Shown here one piece after another: positions 16,482 through 24,700 of a DNA stretch of 27,902 bases (positions are counted from its first letter, which is position 1; every line of letters starts with the position of its first letter). The notes beneath the pieces were generated by a model. The model saw only the letters and a program-made list of their open reading frames with translations. It searched no databases and was not told the DNA's origin. Source of the stretch: Deltaproteobacteria bacterium TL4 (GTDB lineage Bacteria; SAR324; NAC60-12); contig JBBCAX010000021.1 in assembly GCA_051382335.1 (NCBI GenBank), forward strand, positions 1-27,902, written 5' to 3'. The position numbers were made by a program, and so were the translations under genes.

Positions 16482-16944
16482 TCGTGGTGTTTGACAATTG
16501 TTTGGCCTGGTTGATTGTCCACACATCCAACGTATCATCATCATCAATATTACCCTCTGCTGTGGCCACATAAGTTTTTCCATCACTCGTCAAGGTGTAG
16601 GTGTAAACAGCATCACCTTCACTATTAAGGACGATACCCAGTTGGTCCATGTCTGTTGCATAGTTACGGTTTGAGGCATGATATACTTGTTGTGCCACAT
16701 AAATTGAGATGAGGTTGTTTTTAGGCTCAGTCTGCCGTGCACTGAGCAGGTAACGTTCCAAACGAGGATAAGCCAGCGTCGCTAAAATTCCAATAATCAC
16801 CACGACAATCATCACTTCCACCAAACTGAAGCCTTTTGCCTTACTCGTTGAAAGCAAAAAAGAATTGACGGAAGCATCAGTCTTCATATCCACATCAGAT
16901 ACGCTCTTGTAGCTAAAAGCTTCAAACATCTGCGATGGCCTCAT
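16465..16944 (-). CDS. Type IV pilin-like protein (PilE/PilA class)
   Basis: Class III signal KG|FSLVEVMIVVVIIGILATLAYP with Glu at +5, plus ARQTE and YVATAEGNIDDD..DVWTINQ. The start is 16944 or 16887. Confidence 0.92.
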   Translation of the reverse strand: MRPSQMFEAFSYKSVSDVDMKTDASVNSFLLSTSKAKGFSLVEVMIVVVIIGILATLAYPRLERYLLSARQTEPKNNLISIYVAQQVYHASNRNYATDMDQLGIVLNSEGDAVYTYTLTSDGKTYVATAEGNIDDDDTLDVWTINQAKQLSNTTNDVTD

Positions 16945-16975
16945 TTCACCTCTATATCTATAGTTTTAAAAGAAA

Positions 16976-16991
16976 TGCAAAGATCAGACCT
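16976..16991 (-). promoter_or_regulatory. Possible sigma54 promoter for the pilin operon
   Basis: Minus strand AGGTCTGATCTTTGCA = GG-N10-GC with TTGCA at -12; the -24 box is imperfect. Confidence 0.4.
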
Positions 16992-17125
16992 GTGTCTTTA
17001 TCGCACACACCAGGCTCTCTTTCCATGGGGGTAGACGAGTCACTTTGTTAGCATTGTGTCTCTAGTAAGAGATGACATATTCAGACCGCTGTTGTAAAGA
17101 TCTACTTTGAATTATACTTTTACTC

Positions 17126-17248
17126 GGGCTTGGTCGTAAGTTCGGCCATTTTGATGGTAGCCCTGGGTTTCGTCCCAGGGGATACCGCACACATTGTTCC
17201 TCGGGGCGAAACCCGAGGCTACCCCTGGCCGAAGTTAGACCCAAGCCC
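17126..17248. mobile_element. 123-bp MITE with ~23-bp imperfect TIRs, 8-bp target-site duplication and an internal inverted pair of GTAG REP-like palindromes
   Basis: TIRs GGGCTTGGTCGTAAGTTCGGCCA and TGGCCGAAGTTAGACCCAAGCCC. The direct repeat TTTTACTC lies at 17118-17125 and 17249-17256. Internal units are GGTAGCCCTGGGTTTCGTCCCAGGG and the inverted GGTAGCCTCGGGTTTCGCCCCGAGG. Confidence 0.88.
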
Positions 17249-17414
17249 TTTTACTCGATGATCAAGTTTTTTGAATTTGAATGATTTTCAGAAGTGATAT
17301 AGATTGGCTTACGTTGTTTTAGAGAATTATTGCTACCTTATGTGAGATGGATGATGTTAATTGATGAACCGCTGCCCTTTATCAAAGCTTTTATCGATGA
17401 CTCGGTTTTTATTT

Positions 17415-19790
17415 TTAGTGTTTGCGATCATAACTTCGTCGAGACACGGGGTTTGATAAAACCTCGTAAGCTTCGTGTAAGAGTCGAGTCATCTGTTCCG
17501 CTTGCTCCTTGACCCATTCAAAGTCGGAGCTTTGATGACGATCAGGATGGTATTCCTTTATTTTTTGATGATAGGCTTTTTTAATATCTTCCGCTGTCGC
17601 TTGTGGAGATAGCTCCAAAATTTGATAATAATCAGGCAGTGCGCTTTTTGGGGGAGTTGGCTCCTGATAGCTTTGCTGTCTGGATTGTTGATCCTGCTGT
17701 TTGGACTGCTCCTGATCCGGTTTGGCCTTTTCGGACTTGTTCTGAGAAGCTTTGAAATTCAAGTTACGAACGGTTTGGATCAGAACCAGGAGTTGCGAGG
17801 TGAGATGTTTATAGTCAACCTCATCATCATTTGCGTTTCGCTGAATCACTTTGATCTCCGCGGCAAAATCCAGGAGTCTCGACGTATGAAGCTTATGAAC
17901 ATCCGCTTCCCTGGCTAAACGAATCAGTTCTTCCGCTTTGGTCAGTGTTTCAAAAAAATATTTTTCTCCAGAGGCAGGTTCCCGCTTTTGTTGAGATTTG
18001 ACACGGGATCTCAAAGGCGGTTTGAGGTTTGGCGTCGAAGTATCCTCCTCCATGGTAAGCCAACTCATGATTTTTTTGCGGTAATGGAAACCCAAAAGGC
18101 CCAGCAAGGCCAGCACAAACAGCCACAACAGATTCACGATAAATTCCAAAATTCTGTCGATCCACAAGTTTTTATGGACTTCATCAAGTAGTGTTTGAGC
18201 TTCGTCATTTGAAGGGTCTTGTTGAAGAATACGATCCAATAGGATTTCTGTTCCCGCCCAATTTTTTTGTTTGATGGTTTGACGCGCATTTTCAAGTTGA
18301 GACGCCATTTTCTTATGTTGTTCCGCGATTTCTATCAATTGACGCGCTTCTGAATGGTGCTTGCCGGTCTTCGAAATCTGAACTAATAACCGTATCGCAC
18401 GCTCAGGATTTTTAGCTTCAAGCGCGTCTTGAGCCTGTTCCAATAAAATTAAATCCTCATTCGCTCTCAGAAGTTCCTGTATCCGTAACCCTTCCGGATG
18501 TTTGGGTGCTAATTTTAAGAGTTCTTTAACAATTTGTTTCAGATCCTGCCATTGTTCCAAAGCTTCAGCGGTATGTAAGCGGTCGATCAAAAGTCGTAGG
18601 GAGGTATTGTCTTCGTCATAGGCCTCCCCGTTTTTTAAGGAAGTTGGCAGGATCTCCAGATGATTTCGGTAAAGCCGTGCCGTTTCATGGGCGCCCATTT
18701 GATTTAACTGACGGATGTATTCGCTGGGGTTCTGCGCGATTCGTGTGGTATGGAGGTCTACAGAAGTCTGGTCGCTTGAGGTCAGAATATAGGTTCCTGT
18801 GGGACTGATCGCAACCCCCTTAGGTGAGGATAAAATGATTTTTTTGTGCTGTTTTCCGTTTTTGTCGATGACAGAGGCGTAGTATTGCTTTTCAGACAAG
18901 GATTGAGAAACGAGTAATAAATAGCGATCATGATAAACAGGGTAAATCAACAAGGTTTTCTCATTGGGATCCAAACCTTCAACTCGGGGTCCATTAACTT
19001 TAACCCGTGTCATGACATGTCCCCACACCAAATTCTGTTCTTCATCTAAAGAAAGAAGCGTCTGAGGATCCACAAAATGGAGATCAACAACTGGAAAAAG
19101 ATGATAATCCAAAGGATTCCGCTTTTTTTGAGTCATTAAATCAATAAGCTCAATCTGCCGCTCGTCTTTATAAATCAACGCCAGCAGTTGTTCCGTAGGA
19201 TTAAAGGAAAAATTGAGCAAAGGCACCGAGGATTGTTTGTCCTTCCACTGAGAGGAGGTTGATGAAAAGGGAGGTTTCAGCAATAATTCACGCAGTTCCT
19301 TGTTGTCTATCCATCGCAAATGAGGCGATTTCCAACTGAACTTTAAAGGAGTGGCCTGCTGTAATTTTTGTTGCCATAGCAGATTTTCTTCACTTAAGGG
19401 GAGATCCCCCTGCGTCGGCATTTGGGTTAAATCCCACAATTGAATCACAGCGTCGTTTGCAAGAGCCAGTTGACGCTGATGAGGATTGAACGCCATCGCG
19501 GTTACAGGCCTATCCTGAAAAACGATCTGGGCCACAGGTTTCATGCTGCGACGATCGTAGATTTCAACAATTCTATGGGAATCCCCGGCATTCATCGCGA
19601 CAGCAATCAACGCTTCATCCGCACTGATGGCCAGTCCTTCAACAGCATAAGGAACCTTGAAAGAATGAGTCTGTTGAATGTATTCAGAAGTCTGTTTTGC
19701 GCAAAGAGGCCATGAGAACAAGATAAAATGGCAGAATAGAAAGCATTCGAACAGCCATGCTGAGTTGAATTTAAACGAGATGAATGACAT
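17415..19790 (-). CDS. Membrane-anchored J-domain protein: signal peptide, WD40-like propeller, TPR region, TM helix, C-terminal DnaJ domain
   Basis: WD-like repeats (VEGLAISADE, VTAMAFNP...IQLWD, VVDLHFVD), TPR-like helices (ILQQDPSNDEAQTLL) and TM FIVNLLWLFVLALLGLLGF. After a Q-rich linker, the J-domain reads DYYQILEL...IKKAYH...YHPD...EAYEVLSNPVSRRSYD. Confidence 0.85.
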   Translation of the reverse strand: MSFISFKFNSAWLFECFLFCHFILFSWPLCAKQTSEYIQQTHSFKVPYAVEGLAISADEALIAVAMNAGDSHRIVEIYDRRSMKPVAQIVFQDRPVTAMAFNPHQRQLALANDAVIQLWDLTQMPTQGDLPLSEENLLWQQKLQQATPLKFSWKSPHLRWIDNKELRELLLKPPFSSTSSQWKDKQSSVPLLNFSFNPTEQLLALIYKDERQIELIDLMTQKKRNPLDYHLFPVVDLHFVDPQTLLSLDEEQNLVWGHVMTRVKVNGPRVEGLDPNEKTLLIYPVYHDRYLLLVSQSLSEKQYYASVIDKNGKQHKKIILSSPKGVAISPTGTYILTSSDQTSVDLHTTRIAQNPSEYIRQLNQMGAHETARLYRNHLEILPTSLKNGEAYDEDNTSLRLLIDRLHTAEALEQWQDLKQIVKELLKLAPKHPEGLRIQELLRANEDLILLEQAQDALEAKNPERAIRLLVQISKTGKHHSEARQLIEIAEQHKKMASQLENARQTIKQKNWAGTEILLDRILQQDPSNDEAQTLLDEVHKNLWIDRILEFIVNLLWLFVLALLGLLGFHYRKKIMSWLTMEEDTSTPNLKPPLRSRVKSQQKREPASGEKYFFETLTKAEELIRLAREADVHKLHTSRLLDFAAEIKVIQRNANDDEVDYKHLTSQLLVLIQTVRNLNFKASQNKSEKAKPDQEQSKQQDQQSRQQSYQEPTPPKSALPDYYQILELSPQATAEDIKKAYHQKIKEYHPDRHQSSDFEWVKEQAEQMTRLLHEAYEVLSNPVSRRSYDRKH

Positions 19791-20016
19791 AACACAGTTA
19801 AAGTGGCAATCATTAAATCTATTTAGAAACGGAACAAAATTTCATGTGCTTTCGTTTCCGTTTCTTCAGAATGAGCAATAAATTAGGGTACTCTGATTTC
19901 TTCCTGAGAGACCGTAATCCCTCGGTTTCTGTTTTGGAGAGCATTTAAAAAGGAAAGCAGGAATCGGGCCTTGCTGTTCCTGTTTGAACTGATTTTACTA
20001 ATACGAGTTCGCCGTC

Positions 20017-20952
20017 TTAGCCTTTTAGGATGTTATCAAAATAAGCGATTGTTTCTTTAAGCCCCTCTTTTAGCGGGATTTTGGGCTCCCAGTTCAGTTC
20101 CCGTTTTGCTAACGTAATATCAGGACGTCGACGCATCGGATCATCCGAGCGTTTTTCCAACAGTACAATTTTAGATTTTGAATGAGTTAATTCCAGGATC
20201 ATTTGAGCTAATTCCAGGATGGTGAACTCTCCCGGGTTTCCAAGATTGACTGGACCAATCATGTTTTCCTGCTTCATCATGCGCATGATGCCTTCTATCA
20301 AATCACTTACATAGGCAAAAGAACGTGTCTGATTTCCATCGCCATGGATGGTTAAGGGTTCATTTTTTAAGGCAGCCACAATAAAATTACTCACCACCCG
20401 ACCATCCTGAATGTGCATTCTGGGACCGTAGGTGTTAAAAATCCGAATGATCCTGATATCCACCTTATTTTGTCGGTGGTAATCCATCATGAGTGTCTCT
20501 GAAACTCTTTTGCCTTCGTCATAACAACTGCGAATGCCAATGGGATTGACGGATCCAAAGTAGCTTTCAGTCTGAGGATGAATTTCAGGGTCTCCATAAA
20601 CCTCAGAGGTCGACGCTTGCATAATCCGGGCTCGAACCCGTTTTGCCAAACCCAGCATATTAATGGCGCCCATGACACTGGTTTTCACCGTTTTGACAGG
20701 ATTGTGCTGATAATGAATGGGAGAAGCGGGACAGGCAAAGTTGAAAATCCAATCCACTTCCAACAAGATAGGTTCCACAATGTCGTGCCGGATGAGTTCA
20801 AAGTGGGAATTATCCATTAAATGTCTGATATTGTTCTTACTGCCGGTATAAAAATTATCGAGACAAATCACCTCGTTCCCCTCCTCCAGAAGACGTTCAC
20901 ATAAGAAGGATCCGACAAACCCCGAACCCCCTGTAACCAATACTCGTTTCAT
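20017..20952 (-). CDS. UDP-glucuronic acid decarboxylase (UDP-xylose synthase), extended SDR family
   Basis: [58 protein letters not shown] and NLGNPGEFT. The start is the ATG at 20952 with an AAGGA RBS. Confidence 0.95.
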   Translation of the reverse strand: MKRVLVTGGSGFVGSFLCERLLEEGNEVICLDNFYTGSKNNIRHLMDNSHFELIRHDIVEPILLEVDWIFNFACPASPIHYQHNPVKTVKTSVMGAINMLGLAKRVRARIMQASTSEVYGDPEIHPQTESYFGSVNPIGIRSCYDEGKRVSETLMMDYHRQNKVDIRIIRIFNTYGPRMHIQDGRVVSNFIVAALKNEPLTIHGDGNQTRSFAYVSDLIEGIMRMMKQENMIGPVNLGNPGEFTILELAQMILELTHSKSKIVLLEKRSDDPMRRRPDITLAKRELNWEPKIPLKEGLKETIAYFDNILKG

Positions 20953-21055
20953 AAATTCCTTTCTTTGTTGCGAGTGATAATTCACTTATTGTGGGAGCCA
21001 GCTTTCCCGTGGAACTTGCGCTTTCCCATGACATCTACTTTCAGAACCCCGGTCT

Positions 21056-24000
21056 TTAGGGTGAAATGAAATAAGATCTTAAGATTTCTTCATAATCAGA
21101 AGTTTGTAATCGTTCGTGATCTTCTCGATTGACATAGAAATAATCACTAACCTGGTACCCTGTTGTGGTAATCAGCGACTGTTGTATCGGCACTCCCGCC
21201 CGGTCGAAGGCTTCTGTCATTTTGTAATAAACAAGAGGCGCGTCCTCCATGGTAATTTTGACTCTCATGTACTCTTTTTCCACCCGGTCAAACTCTCCCT
21301 TGGATTGTATAATCACATAGCCTTTGTGGTCACAGTCCAGGAATTCCAAGCGCAATTTAGGATTGTAAATAAACTGATCCTTCGTGGGTTTGAGTTTAGG
21401 CGGAGTATCTTGATAAATATGATTTTCCAAATCCCTTGGAAAGACCACTTTGGAAGAGGACCGACTGGAAACTTGAAAATAGTAACAATAAGCGACGTTT
21501 CCATTCTCAAACAATATTTTATTCATTTTTCCGGAGCCAATATCGATATTTTTCACACTCAACGCATAAGCCACACGACTGTGAACACTGGGCATCTCAT
21601 GGATATGAATTAAAATTCCAGTCACTTTTCCCTTGGAGTCCGTCAGAACAGACACAATGGATTTGGTCTCATATTCTATAAAATTCAGCAACTGTTTTAC
21701 CAGAGTACTGGGAGAGTGACTCAAGAGAAAGCGGTTGGGGAAGGTCGTAAAAAACCAATTAATTGTCGGATTGAAGGAGGACGTCAGTTCAAGAATGGTG
21801 GCATCGCTCAGATATTGTCGAAGCGTCCTGATTAATTTATCAGTGTATTCATCAACTTTTTGAGCATCTAAAGACCCCATTTTTAAGTGTTTCCACAACT
21901 TATGGACTTCAGATTCAATTTGTTGGAGTTTTTTGTATTCTTTGGTATTGATCTGCGATAAGGGGTCGAATAGTGTGATTTGCAGATCATTTTGAAGGCT
22001 ATGGTTGATGAGCAGATCAATACGCGTATCAACTTCCAGGTCTTTTTTCTTGTTTCTGAGAAACAAGTTAATAAAATCAATAGGATCTTGATTTTTTCCG
22101 TGTCGTATTTCAGAAAAGACACGGTACATCTCTTCAAAAAATTGACGTAATTGTTTGGTATCATAATTAGCGCTGTCACTGACAGCACGATAATCGGTAA
22201 TATTGACCAGAAATAATAAAACCACCTGGGTCAAGTCCCGATCCGCAATTTCAAAAAACGTTTGTAACGCCTGATCGAAATAAGCGGAAGTTCGGCTGAG
22301 ATGCACCACCGTCATATGATGAACAATGAGCAATGACACCAGGCTAAAGAGTTCCTCATCCACGAAGCCCAAACGTTCCAAAGCTCTGACTGCTATTGAG
22401 GTTCCTGAAATCTGGTGTTGGGTTAACGGTTCCGTTTTGCCTATATCATGAAACAAAATCGCGAATTTTAAAGCAAGGAGATGCTTGGGTTGCAAGAACT
22501 GATATAACTCGAGATAGTTCTTTTTTAAATAATTCAGTTCCTCATAACAATTTTCCATGGCCTTGATAGTATGAAGACAAACAGGAAACTGATGGTACGT
22601 TAAATTTCTGAGAAGAAAACGGATTTGATTGATTTCAGGAATAAACCGTCCCAAAAGGGTATCAGGCAGCTCATTGTAAGCATTAGGCACACAGATTTTT
22701 AACATGACCATCAAGGCTTTGGAAGTATGGGGCGTGAGCATCAATTGGGTAAATTTATCGGCAATATCCTCACGATGCCTTGAGATCAATTCAGCAGTAA
22801 GGGGAGGAATCACATTCGTCAGTTCATCCTTTAATTCAAAGGAAAGATCATAATCGGAGTTTCCAAGATAGATGAACAAGTCCAGAATAGTGGCCGGATC
22901 CTTGAAAATTAAGGGCAGAGGCACCTGAGGTAAACCTTCTACCGCATGAATTTCAATCACTCTTTTTTTTCTCAAATGAACCACTACCTGGAAATTTGAA
23001 AAGGTACGGACGATGGTTCTTTGCAACAAGCGCTTCAGGATCATCTGAGACAGTTCTTGAATGTGGTTCACCATGAGATTCCTGAACCGATCAAAATCAT
23101 CTATGTTTTCAAACCGCTTCTTTTTTAAAATATAGAGTCGTTCCACGTTGTCATTGATCACATTCAGCGGAACATCTGTATCAATACATCCGACATCCCT
23201 AACTTCCTCATCGTAATAGTACGCTACGGCACAACCACTAAAATTTCTCAGATCGTAGATGAGCTCCAACGCTTGGCAGAGTTTGAAGGCTTGACGAGAG
23301 GAAAGAATCCCTTTTTCAATCAGTAAGGCCAGTAATTCTACCGTTTGACTCGGAAACACACCAAAAGTAGCCGCAGCAATCCACAGTGGAAGTTGTATGG
23401 AACGCAAGCCTCCAAAATCATGTTTTAAATCCATATGATTCAGGCCAGGGTGTCGACAGGCACTATATTCTTCCAGTTTATTCAGAACATAAGGTTCATA
23501 GGGTAAAATTTGATAAAAGCGTTGCTTTAATAATTCCATCAAAGAATCGCTCCCGACCAACACGCGACTTTCAAGAACAGAGGGAATGGTATGAAGCATC
23601 TCCTCTTGCGTAAAACGGGACAAGTCTTCGTCAATTTCAAAATACTGATGTGATGTTTCGATATTGGCATTGGTAAGCAGGTGCTCCATACGAATAATCA
23701 ATTGTTGCAAAAGATCTATTTCGCCTTCACTCAAGCCCAACGTATTCAAGCAATATCCCAGATCCCGGTCTGACGCAAAACTCAATTCGCCCCGTCCGTA
23801 GCCACCCCGCGCAAAAACCACAAAATGATCTAAAATGAAGAGGCGGTCAATGGGGCACTTCTCAACCAGGGGTAACTGTTCAGTTAAGGTTTGGATGATC
23901 TTCTTATGAGACTCTATTTCCTGCTTTAAATCATCGACTATCTTTTGGTAGTAATGATACATATACTGCGCTTCTTTATCCCCTTGAGCCGGAGGGACTT

Positions 24001-24448
24001 CCAGTTGCTTTTTGATGATCTCAAGTTTTTCTATTTTTTCAGGCAGAATTTGTTCTTTATACTGTTTTTCTTTTCTTTTTTCAGAGACTTGGATTTTTTT
24101 AAGATGAGACAGATCTTCTAAAGCATAATCGAAAGCGAGATGAATGAGACTATCCAGTAATCGAGTATTTTTGGCCAGAATACTGAAGGAATTCTTTGCC
24201 TCCAGGTTTTGTTTCGCAATTTCAGCGGTTTGTGCTTCAAAATAGGTACTGACCACATTTGAAAAAATACTTACCCGTTTTTCGAGGTAAGGGAAGATGG
24301 TACTCGGGTCCAGTTGAGAACTCCGGCATTTTACATTTAAGCGTTGTTTGAGTTCAGAGACATGTTTAACTCGATCATCCTTGTGGTGAGAGAGATAAAA
24401 TGGATTCAAAAACGGATAAGTCGCAATTGGGGTATGAAGCGTTTCCAC
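21056..24448 (-). CDS. glnD: Divergent GlnD-like bifunctional nucleotidyltransferase/HD hydrolase (1130 aa)
   Basis: NT motif ARGGYGRGELSFASDRDL, DLKHDFGGLRSIQ, HD domain (YHQFPVCLHT...ILFHDIGK...HQISG...IVHH) and C-terminal ACT-like segments (ITTTGYQVSDYFYV). GTG start with an AGGAG RBS. Confidence 0.75.
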   Translation of the reverse strand: METLHTPIATYPFLNPFYLSHHKDDRVKHVSELKQRLNVKCRSSQLDPSTIFPYLEKRVSIFSNVVSTYFEAQTAEIAKQNLEAKNSFSILAKNTRLLDSLIHLAFDYALEDLSHLKKIQVSEKRKEKQYKEQILPEKIEKLEIIKKQLEVPPAQGDKEAQYMYHYYQKIVDDLKQEIESHKKIIQTLTEQLPLVEKCPIDRLFILDHFVVFARGGYGRGELSFASDRDLGYCLNTLGLSEGEIDLLQQLIIRMEHLLTNANIETSHQYFEIDEDLSRFTQEEMLHTIPSVLESRVLVGSDSLMELLKQRFYQILPYEPYVLNKLEEYSACRHPGLNHMDLKHDFGGLRSIQLPLWIAAATFGVFPSQTVELLALLIEKGILSSRQAFKLCQALELIYDLRNFSGCAVAYYYDEEVRDVGCIDTDVPLNVINDNVERLYILKKKRFENIDDFDRFRNLMVNHIQELSQMILKRLLQRTIVRTFSNFQVVVHLRKKRVIEIHAVEGLPQVPLPLIFKDPATILDLFIYLGNSDYDLSFELKDELTNVIPPLTAELISRHREDIADKFTQLMLTPHTSKALMVMLKICVPNAYNELPDTLLGRFIPEINQIRFLLRNLTYHQFPVCLHTIKAMENCYEELNYLKKNYLELYQFLQPKHLLALKFAILFHDIGKTEPLTQHQISGTSIAVRALERLGFVDEELFSLVSLLIVHHMTVVHLSRTSAYFDQALQTFFEIADRDLTQVVLLFLVNITDYRAVSDSANYDTKQLRQFFEEMYRVFSEIRHGKNQDPIDFINLFLRNKKKDLEVDTRIDLLINHSLQNDLQITLFDPLSQINTKEYKKLQQIESEVHKLWKHLKMGSLDAQKVDEYTDKLIRTLRQYLSDATILELTSSFNPTINWFFTTFPNRFLLSHSPSTLVKQLLNFIEYETKSIVSVLTDSKGKVTGILIHIHEMPSVHSRVAYALSVKNIDIGSGKMNKILFENGNVAYCYYFQVSSRSSSKVVFPRDLENHIYQDTPPKLKPTKDQFIYNPKLRLEFLDCDHKGYVIIQSKGEFDRVEKEYMRVKITMEDAPLVYYKMTEAFDRAGVPIQQSLITTTGYQVSDYFYVNREDHERLQTSDYEEILRSYFISP

Positions 24449-24700
24449 AGACTCTCCTGTTAGGGAAGGGGTAGATCGGTTGGGGACAAGACACGGACGC
24501 TGCCCCTTGAAAAGTTATAATTGTCGGGCAAATGATACGAACTCAGACGTATCATGTTTTGGCAGAAGTTGAAAATAAAAATATAAAAATTTAAATAATG
24601 GACTGGTTTTAGCATATTAGGTTGTGACAAAGCTGTGACCCCGAAACTGTAGAGCTGTATGGTTGAAGGAACTATGAATTAAGAAAAATACAGATGGGGA

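Noticed and set aside
17062..17244. 60-aa minus-strand ORF, or a structured ncRNA (6S/SRP-like)
   Set aside because: The structure is explained by a MITE with TIRs and an 8-bp target duplication, and no SRP or 6S motifs were recognised.
19826..19985. Several short hairpins between the UDP-glucuronate decarboxylase and DnaJ-domain genes
   Set aside because: The stems are imperfect with no shared motif or recognisable family. They are probably terminator-type or chance structures.
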